Origin: Lachnospiraceae bacterium
GTDB taxonomy: Bacteria > Bacillota > Clostridia > Lachnospirales > Lachnospiraceae
Length of the DNA stretch: 64,000 nt
Direction of reading: 5' to 3'
NCBI GenBank assembly: GCA_051879615.1
Contig: JBJEMI010000002.1
Location: 3,524 to 67,523, forward strand
The translations under genes were made by a program, and so were the position numbers. Below are positions 1 to 9,444 of this stretch, piece after piece; position 1 is the first letter of the stretch, and each line of letters opens with the position of its first letter. The notes under the pieces are model-generated. The model saw only the letters and a list, made by a program, of their open reading frames with translations. It searched no databases and was not told where the DNA came from.

Positions 1-1181
1 TGATCTTAAAGGATCACAAACGTCCGGACGGCCGTGCGATCACACAGATCCGTCCTCTGGCAGCGGAAGTGGATATCATTCCTCGTGTACACGGCTCTGC
101 CATGTTCACACGCGGACAGACACAGATCTGTACAGTGACAACCCTTGCTCCGTTGTCTGAAAGCCAGAAAATTGATGGATTGGACGAGAATGAAGTAAGC
201 AAGAGATATATGCACCACTACAACTTCCCAAGCTACTCTGTAGGGGAAACAAAACCGTCCAGAGGACCGGGACGCCGTGAAATCGGTCACGGTGCGCTGG
301 CTGAAAAGGCATTGGTACCGGTTCTTCCGACAGAAGAAGAATTCCCGTATGCGATCAGAACTGTTTCCGAAACATTTGAATCCAACGGTTCCACATCACA
401 GGCTTCCATCTGTGCATCTACCATGTCCTTAATGGCAGCAGGTGTACCGATCAAAAAACCGGTTGCAGGTATTTCCTGCGGTCTTGTTACAGGTGAAACA
501 GATGATGATTATATCGTACTGACAGATATTCAGGGTCTCGAGGATTTCTTCGGTGATATGGACTTTAAAGTTGCAGGTACACCGGATGGTATCACAGCGA
601 TTCAGATGGATATCAAGATTCACGGTCTGACAAGACCGATCGTAGAAGAAGCGATTGCGAAGACAAGAGAAGCAAGAATGTATATTCTGGAAAATGTCAT
701 GCTTCCGTGTATCGGACAGCCGAGAGAAACTGTTGGTGAACTTGCTCCGAAGATCATCCAGATTCAGATCGATCCGCAGAAGATCGGCGATGTGGTTGGC
801 CAGAGAGGTAAAACGATCAATGCGATCATCGAGCAGACAGGTGTGAAGATCGATATCACAGATGACGGCGCGGTTTCTGTCTGCGGCGTAAATCAGGAAG
901 ATATGGATAAAGCAGTAGAAATGATTAAAATCATTGCTACAGACTTCGAAGAAGGCATGATCTTCAAAGGTAAAGTTGTAAGCATTAAAGAATTCGGTGC
1001 ATTCATCGAATTTGCGCCTGGAAAAGAAGGAATGGTTCACATTTCCAAGATTTCCAAAGAAAGAATCAATCGTGTGGAAGATGTTCTCACATTAGGTGAT
1101 AAAGTAACCGTCGTTTGTCTCGGAAAAGACAAGATGGGCAGAGTGAGCTTCTCCATGAAGGATGTCAAAGCAGAAGCATAA
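1..1181 (+). CDS. pnp: polyribonucleotide nucleotidyltransferase (PNPase), 3' portion; 5' end outside window
   Basis: Frame is open from the window edge (codon phase from nt 3: ILKDHKRPDGRA...). RNase PH core motifs RVHGSAMFTRGQTQ and DFKVAGT, KH motif GDVVGQRGKTINAI, S1 motif GKVVSIKEFGAFIEF. Confidence 0.95.
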   Translation, partial: ILKDHKRPDGRAITQIRPLAAEVDIIPRVHGSAMFTRGQTQICTVTTLAPLSESQKIDGLDENEVSKRYMHHYNFPSYSVGETKPSRGPGRREIGHGALAEKALVPVLPTEEEFPYAIRTVSETFESNGSTSQASICASTMSLMAAGVPIKKPVAGISCGLVTGETDDDYIVLTDIQGLEDFFGDMDFKVAGTPDGITAIQMDIKIHGLTRPIVEEAIAKTREARMYILENVMLPCIGQPRETVGELAPKIIQIQIDPQKIGDVVGQRGKTINAIIEQTGVKIDITDDGAVSVCGVNQEDMDKAVEMIKIIATDFEEGMIFKGKVVSIKEFGAFIEFAPGKEGMVHISKISKERINRVEDVLTLGDKVTVVCLGKDKMGRVSFSMKDVKAEA

Positions 1182-1192
1182 ATCAAAATACG

Positions 1193-1224
1193 GAACCCGC
1201 AGGAAAAACTGCGGGTTCTTTTTT
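1193..1224 (+). terminator. intrinsic terminator after pnp
   Basis: GAACCCGCAG / CTGCGGGTTC stem followed by TTTTTT. Confidence 0.75.
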
Positions 1225-1262
1225 ATTGCCTGTCTACATATACTGCACAAAGAGGTGAGAAA

Positions 1263-2225
1263 GTGGAAGTAAGAGAACAGATTATCAGGATGTTTACCGG
1301 AAACCTTCGGAAACTGATGGCAGAGCTTCCGATTGATTTTGAGAGGCTGCAGGAAATCCATCTGCGTGCAGGGAAACCATTGCTGCTGCTCTATGAGCAT
1401 CGGGAAATCTTTGTGGGAAAAAACGGAGGGATTTCCGATCGGAGGAATGCAGTCAGAATCGTAACGGCGGAGGAAATCCGGGATACCTTTTCCGCAGTCT
1501 GCGGGTATTCGGTCTATGCCTTTGGAGAAGAAGTAAAGAGAGGATATTTAAGTGTGTCGGGAGGACACCGCATCGGGATTACAGGAAGCGCAGTGCTGGA
1601 GCAGGGAAAGGTCAGCACCCTGAAAAATCTTTCGGGTATGAATATCCGGATCTCTCATGATGTGAAGGATTGTGCGGCACCGTGGAAACGATGGATGTAC
1701 CAGGAGCATCAGCCCCTGCATATGCTGTTTGTTTCTCCGCCGGGGTGCGGAAAAACGACGTTTCTTCGGGATACGATCCGCCTGTATTCGGACGGGACCG
1801 GGACGGAAGCCGGTGTCAATGTGGGAGTGGCAGATGAACGCTCTGAGATCGGAGGCAGTTATCTGGGGATCCCGACGCATGATCTGGGAATCCGGACAGA
1901 TCTGCTGGATGGCTGTCCGAAGGCGGAAGGAATGCAGATGCTGCTTCGTTCCATGTCACCCAGGGTTCTGGCGGCAGATGAGATCGGAAGCCGGGAGGAT
2001 GTGGAAGCCATTGAGGAAGCCATTCGAAGCGGCTGTAAGATTCTGGCGACGGTACATGGGGAAACCATGGAGGAACTGAGAAATAAGCCCGGATTGGAGA
2101 AGCTGTTAAGGGAGTGTGTGTTTGAACGGTATTTTTTTCTGAAAAAAGGACAGACTCCGGGGGTGGTTGCCAGAATTTATGACCGACAGCAGCAGATTTT
2201 GTGGGAGGAAGCGGCATGTACATAA
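1263..2225 (+). CDS. spoIIIAA: stage III sporulation protein AA (AAA+ ATPase)
   Basis: GTG start shortly after AGAGGTGAG. Walker A PPGCGKTT. First of eight contiguous, overlapping genes with SpoIIIA order and sizes. Confidence 0.85.
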   Translation: MEVREQIIRMFTGNLRKLMAELPIDFERLQEIHLRAGKPLLLLYEHREIFVGKNGGISDRRNAVRIVTAEEIRDTFSAVCGYSVYAFGEEVKRGYLSVSGGHRIGITGSAVLEQGKVSTLKNLSGMNIRISHDVKDCAAPWKRWMYQEHQPLHMLFVSPPGCGKTTFLRDTIRLYSDGTGTEAGVNVGVADERSEIGGSYLGIPTHDLGIRTDLLDGCPKAEGMQMLLRSMSPRVLAADEIGSREDVEAIEEAIRSGCKILATVHGETMEELRNKPGLEKLLRECVFERYFFLKKGQTPGVVARIYDRQQQILWEEAACT

Positions 2226-2737
2226 AAATCATCGGATGTTTTCTGATTCTCGGCTGCTGCGGCGGAATCGGGAAGCTGTTCGCAGGGGAGCTGTCAGAGC
2301 GGGTAAAAAGGCTTCAGGAGCTGAAACGAATGGTGGTGAATTTCAAAGGAGAGCTGTCTTTTCACCATGCTGCTCTGCAGGAAGCATTTCTGCGTGTTTC
2401 TGAACGCGTGGCGCCGCCTTACGATCAGTTTCTGAAAAATGTCTCCGGGGAACTGGAAAAGAGAGACGGCCGTATCTTTCTGGAAATCTGGCAGGAAGAG
2501 CTGGAGAGCCTGATCGGCTATCCGGGATTCCGTAAATCTGACAAAGACCTGTTACTGACCCTTGCAGAAGGGATCGGCTATCTGGATCTGAAGATGCAGC
2601 AGGAGACGCTGGAGCTGGTACTTCAGCAGCTGGAGGAGATGAGCGAAACAGCGGCAGAGGAGAGAAAGAGGAATGGCCGTTTTTTTGAAGTGCTGGGTGT
2701 GATGGCCGGAGCATTTCTGATCATTTTAGTCATCTGA
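2216..2737 (+). CDS. spoIIIAB: stage III sporulation protein AB
   Basis: ATG after GGAGGAAGCGGC, overlapping the 3' end of spoIIIAA. N-terminal TM (IIGCFLILGCCGG) and C-terminal TM. Position in operon. Confidence 0.8.
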   Translation: MYIKIIGCFLILGCCGGIGKLFAGELSERVKRLQELKRMVVNFKGELSFHHAALQEAFLRVSERVAPPYDQFLKNVSGELEKRDGRIFLEIWQEELESLIGYPGFRKSDKDLLLTLAEGIGYLDLKMQQETLELVLQQLEEMSETAAEERKRNGRFFEVLGVMAGAFLIILVI

Positions 2738-2747
2738 CGGAGGAACT

Positions 2748-2942
2748 ATGGGAATCACGATTATATTTAAGATTGCAGCGGTAGGCGTGCTGGTTTCCGT
2801 GCTCAGTCAGCTGCTGAAAAACAGTGGGAGAGATGATCTGGGACATCTGATGAGTCTGGCAGGACTTTTGATCGTTCTGTTCTGGATCCTGCCCTATGTG
2901 GTAGAACTGTTTGAAACCATGCAGAAGCTGTTTGACATTTAA
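2748..2942 (+). CDS. spoIIIAC: stage III sporulation protein AC (small two-TM protein)
   Basis: 64 aa, hydrophobic (GITIIFKIAAVGVLVSVLSQLL), RBS GGAGGAAC. Position in operon. Confidence 0.8.
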   Translation: MGITIIFKIAAVGVLVSVLSQLLKNSGRDDLGHLMSLAGLLIVLFWILPYVVELFETMQKLFDI

Positions 2943-2952
2943 AGGAGGCATC

Positions 2953-3339
2953 ATGCTCAAAATTGCATTATTTGGAATTCTGACAGCCATGCTTGCTGTT
3001 TTTTTAAAAGGGATGAAAGCGGAGTATGCGGTATGGCTGGTACTGGCATCGGGTATCTTTCTGGGAAGCCAGATATTATTGAAACTGCAGACACTGGTGG
3101 AGGAGATACAGATTCTTGAGGAAGTTTTATCTTCTTATGGAACATATCTGACGATTCTGGTAAAGATCATCGGTATTGCCTATCTATCGGAATTTGCTTC
3201 GGGACTCTGCAGAGATGCCGGATACCAGAGCATTGCGGTTTCGATCGAAATGTTTGCGAAGCTTACGATCCTGGTACTTTGCATTCCGATTTTGACAGCT
3301 TTACTGGAAACGGTCCGGTTCTTTCTGGGAGGCAGCTGA
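2953..3339 (+). CDS. spoIIIAD: stage III sporulation protein AD
   Basis: ATG after AAAGGAGGCATC. 128-aa polytopic membrane protein. The longer ORF-track start at 2911 lacks an RBS. Confidence 0.8.
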   Translation: MLKIALFGILTAMLAVFLKGMKAEYAVWLVLASGIFLGSQILLKLQTLVEEIQILEEVLSSYGTYLTILVKIIGIAYLSEFASGLCRDAGYQSIAVSIEMFAKLTILVLCIPILTALLETVRFFLGGS

Positions 3340-4376
3340 TGGGAACGGGGATTGGTTATGGCGATATAGAAGAAGTGCTGCAGAGGATTCTGGGACAGGA
3401 TGCCGGATTTGCGGAAATGGTAACGGAACTGACAGAGAGCGGAACTCTGTCGGGCGGTGCTTTTCTTTCCGTGATCAAAGACAGTTTTTTCACTCAGATA
3501 GAAGGCTACCGGGAGATGCTGTTTTATCTGATGCTGCTTTTGCTGAGTGCGGCGATTCTTGCGGCGGTCACAAGAGCCTTTTCAAATCATCAGATATCGG
3601 ATATGGGATTTTATATGATCTATCTGCTGCTGATCCTGGTGCTGATGCAGGTGTTCGGTGAGTGCTATGAACTGACCAGACAGATGGTCACAGATCTTCT
3701 GGATTTTATGAAGGTTCTCATGCCTGCCTATCTGATGGCTGCGGCAGCTGCTTCCTACAGGACAAGTGCAGCTGTATTTTATGAGGGGTTTCTCATTCTG
3801 GTCTATTATCTGCAAAGGATCGTCCTGCATTTTGTACTGCCGGCAATCCGCGGATATTGTCTGCTGGTCCTGGCAGGTCATCTGGGAAGTACGGATTTTT
3901 TTTCCAGAGGCAGGCAGCAGATCAGGAAACTGATCAGTCTGGTTCTGAAGGCAATGATCGGTGTGTCGGCGGGACTGCAGTTTATTCAGGGAATGATCAC
4001 GCCTGCCATTGATTCCATGCAGCAGACAGCTCTCAGTAAAGGAGTATCCGGTCTCGGAAGCATGGGAAATGTGGCCCAGGGGGTCATGGATATCATTCTG
4101 GGATCCGGCGTACTGTTAAAAAACGGTATTGGAGCAGCTGCGGCAGTTTTGATCGTTGTAATCAGTCTGCTGCCCGCTTTAAGAGTGGGAATCTATGTGT
4201 TTTTCTTTCAGCTGCTGGCTGTTGTTACCGAGCCTGTGACGGATGGGCGGTTAAACAGTGCCATCGGGGAAATGGGGGAAGGCCTGGGACTGCTTGTGAA
4301 GCTGCAGTTTACGGTAGCAGCACTCTTTTTACTGACGATTGCTGTGGTGTGTGTGACGACAGGAGGTTTGAGATGA
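3339..4376 (+). CDS. spoIIIAE: stage III sporulation protein AE (polytopic membrane protein)
   Basis: ATG overlaps the spoIIIAD stop (cTGATGg). About 345 aa with multiple TM segments. Position in operon. Confidence 0.8.
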   Translation: MGTGIGYGDIEEVLQRILGQDAGFAEMVTELTESGTLSGGAFLSVIKDSFFTQIEGYREMLFYLMLLLLSAAILAAVTRAFSNHQISDMGFYMIYLLLILVLMQVFGECYELTRQMVTDLLDFMKVLMPAYLMAAAAASYRTSAAVFYEGFLILVYYLQRIVLHFVLPAIRGYCLLVLAGHLGSTDFFSRGRQQIRKLISLVLKAMIGVSAGLQFIQGMITPAIDSMQQTALSKGVSGLGSMGNVAQGVMDIILGSGVLLKNGIGAAAAVLIVVISLLPALRVGIYVFFFQLLAVVTEPVTDGRLNSAIGEMGEGLGLLVKLQFTVAALFLLTIAVVCVTTGGLR

Positions 4377-4744
4377 ATATTTTTACGGAATGGCTGGAAA
4401 ATTTCACCGTATTTACACTGCTGTACGGGCTTGTGATGGAACTGGTTCCGTCGAAGAAATATGAGGCTTATGTGAAGCTGTTTATGGGATTTTTCTTTCT
4501 GGCGGTTATGCTGTACCCTGTCATGAAGATCGGACCGGTGGGAACGGTATTTCAGGAACAGCTTGAGCATCTGACGGAGGAACAGAAACAGCTGGAGCGT
4601 CAGGCAGAGAGACAGTCAGAACGGCTGTTTTTCACGGAAATCTCCGGAACCCCGAAAAAGGATGTTCAGAAAGAGTCTATAGAGGATGAGAGGATCCGGG
4701 GGATTGATCGGATTGATATTCCGGAAATTATAATAGGAGATTAG
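4373..4744 (+). CDS. spoIIIAF: stage III sporulation protein AF
   Basis: ATGA overlap with the spoIIIAE stop, RBS GGAGGTTTGAG. Two N-terminal TM segments followed by a soluble domain. Confidence 0.7.
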   Translation: MNIFTEWLENFTVFTLLYGLVMELVPSKKYEAYVKLFMGFFFLAVMLYPVMKIGPVGTVFQEQLEHLTEEQKQLERQAERQSERLFFTEISGTPKKDVQKESIEDERIRGIDRIDIPEIIIGD

Positions 4745-4748
4745 AAAC

Positions 4749-5303
4749 GTGACAGATCATCTTTTCAAGAACTGGAAAAAACCGGGAAAGGAACAGCTGC
4801 TGATCGGTGTGCTGATCGGTGTTTTGCTGCTGGTGATTGCGGTTCCGGTGGATCATAAGAAGGATCAGACAAAGGCAGTATCGGAGAATATCCGGACAGA
4901 TGCAGTGAATGTTCAGGAACAGGATATGGAGCAGAGGCTCAGTGAGATCCTTTCTAAAATATCCGGAGTCGGTGAAACACAGGTGCTCATTACCTATGCA
5001 GACAGCGGAGAAAAGATCGTTGAAAAGGATGGAGAAGAGAGAAGCACTATGATCAGGGAGACGGACAGCAGCGGCGGAAGCAGAATTACGACAGAGGAAG
5101 AGATTGCAGAGCAGACGATTTACGGGAATGATGAAGATCCTTTTGTTGTACGGGAAAAGCTGCCCCGGATTGAAGGAATTCTGATCGTTGCGCAGGGCGG
5201 GGGAAATGCCGAGGTGAAGGAAAAGATTTCCCGGGCGGTGCAGGCATTATTCGGACTGGAAGCTCATAAAATTAGTATAATGAAAATGGAGGTTTCAAAG
5301 TGA
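4749..5303 (+). CDS. spoIIIAG: stage III sporulation protein AG
   Basis: GTG start, single TM (LLIGVLIGVLLLVIAV). C-terminal motif EGILIVAQGGGNAEVKEKI is typical of SpoIIIAG. Confidence 0.75.
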   Translation: MTDHLFKNWKKPGKEQLLIGVLIGVLLLVIAVPVDHKKDQTKAVSENIRTDAVNVQEQDMEQRLSEILSKISGVGETQVLITYADSGEKIVEKDGEERSTMIRETDSSGGSRITTEEEIAEQTIYGNDEDPFVVREKLPRIEGILIVAQGGGNAEVKEKISRAVQALFGLEAHKISIMKMEVSK

Positions 5304-5938
5304 AAGCAATTTTAAAGAAAAATCAGCTGATCATTACAGCACTTGCAGTCATGATTGCTGTTGCCGGATATCTGAAATATTCTGACAGCATGATTGATTC
5401 AGATATGATCGCTGCGAATACTTCGGCGGTGGAAACTGTAACGGATGAAATTGTGACGGATCCCGAAATAGAAACGGAACTGGAAACGGAGATTTCCATG
5501 GAGGATATTTATACTGCTGCGGATTCGCTGGAGGAATCCCCGGGAGAAGCAGTCTTTACCGGCTCTGATGTGACGGTCAGCTCCGGGTTCGCCTCAGAGG
5601 CGAAGCTGAACAGGGAACAGACCCGTTCGAAGAATAAGGAATCTCTTCTGGAAATTATAAACAGCAGTGTAGTGTCTGAGAGCCAGAAACAGGAAGCAAT
5701 CGATCAGATGCTGGAGCTGACCACGATCGCAGAGCGTGAGACCGGTACGGAAACTCTTCTGGAAGCAAAGGGATTTGAAGATGTTCTGGTCAGTATTTCA
5801 GATAACAAGGTGGATGTGGTGGTGAATCAGTCTCAGGTCAGCGATACACAGAGAGCGCAGATCGAAGATGTAGTATCCAGAAAAACGGGGATCAGTCCGG
5901 AAAATATCGTGATCACACCGGTACAGGTGGATGAATAG
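5300..5938 (+). CDS. spoIIIAH: stage III sporulation protein AH
   Basis: GTGA overlap with spoIIIAG. N-terminal TM (LIITALAVMIAVAGYL) and an acidic extracytoplasmic domain. Last gene of the operon. Confidence 0.75.
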   Translation: MKAILKKNQLIITALAVMIAVAGYLKYSDSMIDSDMIAANTSAVETVTDEIVTDPEIETELETEISMEDIYTAADSLEESPGEAVFTGSDVTVSSGFASEAKLNREQTRSKNKESLLEIINSSVVSESQKQEAIDQMLELTTIAERETGTETLLEAKGFEDVLVSISDNKVDVVVNQSQVSDTQRAQIEDVVSRKTGISPENIVITPVQVDE

Positions 5939-5947
5939 GGCAGAAAG

Positions 5948-5985
5948 AAAAAGAGCGCTCCGATGAGGAACGCTCTTTTTCTTAA
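5948..5985 (+). terminator. intrinsic terminator after spoIIIAH
   Basis: AAAAAGAGCG ... CGCTCTTTTT stem with an inner CTC/GAG pairing, followed by a T-run. Confidence 0.6.
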
Positions 5986-6006
5986 AATATTTTAGGATAA
6001 ATGAAA

Positions 6007-6035
6007 TTGTGAATGAAAATGTCTTGTGTTATACT
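6007..6035 (+). promoter_or_regulatory. sigma-A-type promoter candidate for the NlpC/P60 gene
   Basis: TTGTGA, 17-nt spacer, TATACT, with TG at the extended -10 position. Confidence 0.4.
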
Positions 6036-6117
6036 CAATATATGAAGTGGGAACAGGCGTCTGAATCAGACAACTTGTATTCTGCAGGAGCTTCTACGGG
6101 AAAGATGGGATGGAGAT

Positions 6118-7305
6118 ATGAGAAAAGGATTACTGTGTCTGCTGCTGGCAGGTGCCGCAGTGCTGGGAAGTGCGTTTCCGGCGGCGGCGACCGGTGTCAA
6201 TGATGTGAAAAAACAGCAGACAGAAACGAAAAAGCAGCTTGAAAAGATCAACAGCAGTATTGAAACAATGGAGTCAGAGAGAAAAGCGATCAGAAACCAG
6301 CTGAATCATCTGAATGAGGAACTGGTGGAGACGATACTGACGCTGGAAGTTCTGGAGACAGATCTGGAAAATAAACAGGTTGAGATCGAACTGGCAGCCG
6401 AAGAATATGAGGAAGCCAAACTTCGGGAAGAACAACAGTATGCAGATATGAAGAAGAGAATCCGGTTTATGTATGAGAATGGAGACTTTGATTATTATTC
6501 TCTGCTGTCAGCGTCGAAAAATATCGCTGATTTTTTAAATAAATCAGAGCTTGTCCAGGAAGTTTATAAATATGACAGAGAGCTTTTGATTTCATATGAG
6601 GAGACAAAACAGCAGGTGGCAGAGTGGCAGGCTGTTCTTGAGGAAGAGCAGGACGAGCTTTTGAGTCTTCAGGAAGACTATGAAGTCCAGAAATCTCAGC
6701 TCAACAGCGAAATCGCGGCAGCTGAGAGTGAAGCGGCGGATTTCGACAGACAGCTGGCAGGTGCTAAGGAAAAGGCAAAGGCATATCGTGCTACCCTTCA
6801 GGAACAGACAGCAAAGATACGCCGTCTGGAGGCGGAAGCGGCGGCAGCGGCCGCAAAAGAGTCAGCCACAAGTCAGAGCGGCAGTCTGGGCGGTAAAAAC
6901 ACCGGAAATACAGGCGCCGGCAGTTCAAACAGCTCCGGCAGTCAGCCGTCAGCCAGCGGAAGCGGTCTCGGACTGCAGATTGCTCAGTATGCACTGCAGT
7001 TTGTGGGAAACCCGTATGTATTTGGGGGAGACAGCCTGACAAACGGAACTGACTGTTCCGGATTTACAAGTCAGGTTCACCGCCATTTCGGTATCAGTAT
7101 TCCGAGATCGTCAGTGGATCAGGCAGGATCGGGAAAAGAAGTATCCGTTTCAGCGGTACAGGCAGGAGATATTATTTATTATGGAAATCACGTAGGTATC
7201 TATATAGGCAACGGGAAGATTGTACATGCCAGCTCGGAAAAGACCGGAATTAAGGTCAGCAGCTATACATACAGGACTCCGATCTGTGCCAGAAGATACT
7301 GGTAA
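6118..7305 (+). CDS. secreted coiled-coil / NlpC-P60 peptidoglycan endopeptidase (CwlO-like architecture)
   Basis: Signal peptide (LLCLLLAGAAVLGSAFPAAA), long heptad-rich N-terminal region, Ser/Gly linker. C-terminal NlpC/P60 motifs GGDSLTNGTDCSGF and HVGIYIGNGKIVHAS. Confidence 0.85.
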   Translation: MRKGLLCLLLAGAAVLGSAFPAAATGVNDVKKQQTETKKQLEKINSSIETMESERKAIRNQLNHLNEELVETILTLEVLETDLENKQVEIELAAEEYEEAKLREEQQYADMKKRIRFMYENGDFDYYSLLSASKNIADFLNKSELVQEVYKYDRELLISYEETKQQVAEWQAVLEEEQDELLSLQEDYEVQKSQLNSEIAAAESEAADFDRQLAGAKEKAKAYRATLQEQTAKIRRLEAEAAAAAAKESATSQSGSLGGKNTGNTGAGSSNSSGSQPSASGSGLGLQIAQYALQFVGNPYVFGGDSLTNGTDCSGFTSQVHRHFGISIPRSSVDQAGSGKEVSVSAVQAGDIIYYGNHVGIYIGNGKIVHASSEKTGIKVSSYTYRTPICARRYW

Positions 7306-7319
7306 AGCCGGAGGTGGAG

Positions 7320-8189
7320 ATGATAAAACTGATAGCCGTGGATATGGATGGCACATTGCTGGATGCGCATTCCAAAGTTACGGAAAAAACAGCAGAGGTG
7401 ATCAGGAAATATCAGGATCAGGGAGGTATCTTCCTTGTGAATACAGGGCGTGATTATGCTCTGGCCAGTGAGCCGCTCAGAGCAGCGGGAGTTTCCTGCA
7501 GCTATATCTGCTCGAACGGAGCAAATGTATATGAAGCGGATGGAACACTGTTAAAAAGTGATTCACTTTCCGCTGATGAACTGTGTAAGATCAGAAATTT
7601 GTGCCGGAAAAACGGAGTCCACATTAATTATGTCACGGACAGGGGAATTCTGACAGACGGGACCAGGGCTGAGATGATGGAAATCTTTCTGAAGGAAGTT
7701 GAGGAAATGAAAAAGGATTCGGGAGGAGAATTCTCAGCAGAAAAGACCGTTTCGAAGCTGACGGATCTGGCCGATTATATTCAGTATGAGCAGGATATTG
7801 AACAGCTTCTGGCAGAGAATGTTCCGTTTTATAAGCTGTCGATGAATTGTCTGGATTTTGAAAAGCTTCTGGAGGTGAAGGAACTTTTAAGAACGTGGCC
7901 CCAGCTGGCAGTGGCCTCTTCTTTCAGAACGAATGTGGAAGTTAATTCCAACAGAGTAGATAAGGGAAAAACACTGATGGAATACATTCGGGAACATGAC
8001 ATTGATCAGAGCGAGGTTATGGTCATCGGCGACAGCGAAAACGATCTGGCAATGCTGTCGCTGCCTTTCGGATGTACGGTGGCCATGGGAAATGCACTGG
8101 ATTGCGTGAAAACAGTGTGCAAAAAAACGACACTTGCCAATACGGAAGACGGCGTGGCCTATGCGATCGAGCATTGGGCAATGCAGTAA
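7320..8189 (+). CDS. Cof-type HAD-IIB family hydrolase (sugar phosphatase-like)
   Basis: ATG 7 nt after GGAGGTGGAG. HAD motif I IAVDMDGTLL and motif IV GDSENDLAML. Confidence 0.85.
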   Translation: MIKLIAVDMDGTLLDAHSKVTEKTAEVIRKYQDQGGIFLVNTGRDYALASEPLRAAGVSCSYICSNGANVYEADGTLLKSDSLSADELCKIRNLCRKNGVHINYVTDRGILTDGTRAEMMEIFLKEVEEMKKDSGGEFSAEKTVSKLTDLADYIQYEQDIEQLLAENVPFYKLSMNCLDFEKLLEVKELLRTWPQLAVASSFRTNVEVNSNRVDKGKTLMEYIREHDIDQSEVMVIGDSENDLAMLSLPFGCTVAMGNALDCVKTVCKKTTLANTEDGVAYAIEHWAMQ

Positions 8190-8203
8190 ACAGTGAAAAT
8201 AAG

Positions 8204-8234
8204 ATATGCCCGGCATTTGCCGGGCATATTTTTC
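8204..8234. terminator. bidirectional intrinsic terminator between the convergent HAD and ldhA genes
   Basis: ATATGCCCGGC / GCCGGGCATAT 11-bp stem with a 4-nt loop, A-rich upstream and TTTTT downstream. Confidence 0.75.
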
Positions 8235-8241
8235 TGTCTGT

Positions 8242-9243
8242 TTATTTTACAATATTGTCCAACGGAAGACCGTGTTCAAATGCATAGGCATTTTCCAGGG
8301 TCGTAATGGCAATGGCCTGTAATGCTTCACGTGTGAAGAACGCCTGGTGAGAAGTGATCATGACATTCGGGAAAGCAAGCAGACGCGGTACGGTCTCGTT
8401 TGCAATGATATCGGAGGAACGATCCTCGAATACGAGTTCATCTTCGTCTTCATAAACATCCAGTCCGACAGCAGCGAATTTCTTGGCACGCAGTGCTTCG
8501 ATCAGGTCTTCTGTATCAATGAGGGCTCCGCGGGATGTGTTTACAAGTGTTACAGTGTCTTTCATTTTTGCAATGGTCTCTTTATTGATCATATGATAAG
8601 TTTCCGGGAAGAGCGGACAGTGCAGAGAGATCAGGTCTGACTGTTCGAGCAGTTCATCTAAGGAAACGTAAGTTACGAAATCTTTCAGAGCAGGATTTTC
8701 ATACATATCATATGCAATGACTTTCATACCGAATCCGCGGCAGATATTTGCAAAAGCGGCACCGATTTTACCTGTTCCGACAACACCGGCTGTTCCGCAG
8801 TAGAAATTTCGTCCTAAAAGACCGCTTAAAGAAAAGTCGTTATTACGAACCTTTGCGTATGCACGATGCAGACGGCGGTTTGTACAAAGTGCCAGTGCCA
8901 TGGCATGTTCTGCGACTGCTTCCGGAGAATAGCCAGGTACACGAAGCACGGTAATGCCGTATTCTTTTGCTGCGTCCAGATCTACATTGTTGAATCCTGC
9001 GCAGCGAAGGAGGATCAGCTTAATATTTAAGTCATGGAGTACTTTTAATACCGGACGGCTGAAATCCGAATTTACAAAACCGCAGACAGCATCGTAGTCT
9101 CGGGCCAGAATCGCAGTCTCTTCATTGATGTTGGTTTCCAGAAAATGAATATTCATACCGTAGGATCCTTCTCCGGTTTCTTCTGTTAATGCACCAAACC
9201 AAATTTTGTCATAATCTTTTGTACCAAAAAAAGCAATATTCAT
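8242..9243 (-). CDS. ldhA: D-lactate dehydrogenase / D-isomer-specific 2-hydroxyacid dehydrogenase
   Basis: Start MNIAFFGTKDYD after AAGGAGGATTACACT. NAD fold GVVGTGKIG. About 333 aa, with the typical fermentative D-LDH N-terminus. Confidence 0.8.
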   Translation of the reverse strand: MNIAFFGTKDYDKIWFGALTEETGEGSYGMNIHFLETNINEETAILARDYDAVCGFVNSDFSRPVLKVLHDLNIKLILLRCAGFNNVDLDAAKEYGITVLRVPGYSPEAVAEHAMALALCTNRRLHRAYAKVRNNDFSLSGLLGRNFYCGTAGVVGTGKIGAAFANICRGFGMKVIAYDMYENPALKDFVTYVSLDELLEQSDLISLHCPLFPETYHMINKETIAKMKDTVTLVNTSRGALIDTEDLIEALRAKKFAAVGLDVYEDEDELVFEDRSSDIIANETVPRLLAFPNVMITSHQAFFTREALQAIAITTLENAYAFEHGLPLDNIVK

Positions 9244-9275
9244 AGTGTAATCCTCCTTGTTGGATATTTTATTTC

Positions 9276-9293
9276 TTGTTAAAAAAATAACAA
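9276..9293 (-). promoter_or_regulatory. candidate Rex (redox repressor) operator overlapping the putative ldhA -10
   Basis: TTGTTAAAAAAATAACAA is an 18-bp inverted repeat. It matches the clostridial Rex consensus TTGTTAANNNNTTAACAA (from memory) at 13 of 14 defined positions and lies 33 nt upstream of the ldhA ATG. Confidence 0.5.
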
Positions 9294-9444
9294 ATAACGG
9301 CGCATAATGCAAGGCTTTTTTGCATAAAAATCGTATTTTTATGAAATAGTATAGTGCTTTGCGCAAAAAATTATGTGGAAATCAGGAAACAGTGACAAAA
9401 ACCCTGCAATTGTGATAGAATAAACGCAGTGTCGGAGGTGCAGC

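Noticed and set aside
1237-1244. Sigma-E-like -10 (CATATACT) upstream of spoIIIAA
   Set aside because: It is plausible by sequence, but the -35 (TTTTATT) is poor. The element also lies so close to the RBS that the predicted TSS would fall in or next to the SD. It is not reported as a feature.
6036-6117. Possible c-di-AMP (ydaO-type) riboswitch before the NlpC/P60 hydrolase
   Set aside because: The leader is only about 80 nt and lacks the conserved pseudo-symmetric core motifs I remember.
6009-6203. 64-aa + strand ORF upstream of and overlapping the NlpC/P60 gene
   Set aside because: It starts inside the promoter (-35/-10 at 6007-6035) and runs out of frame into the real CDS.
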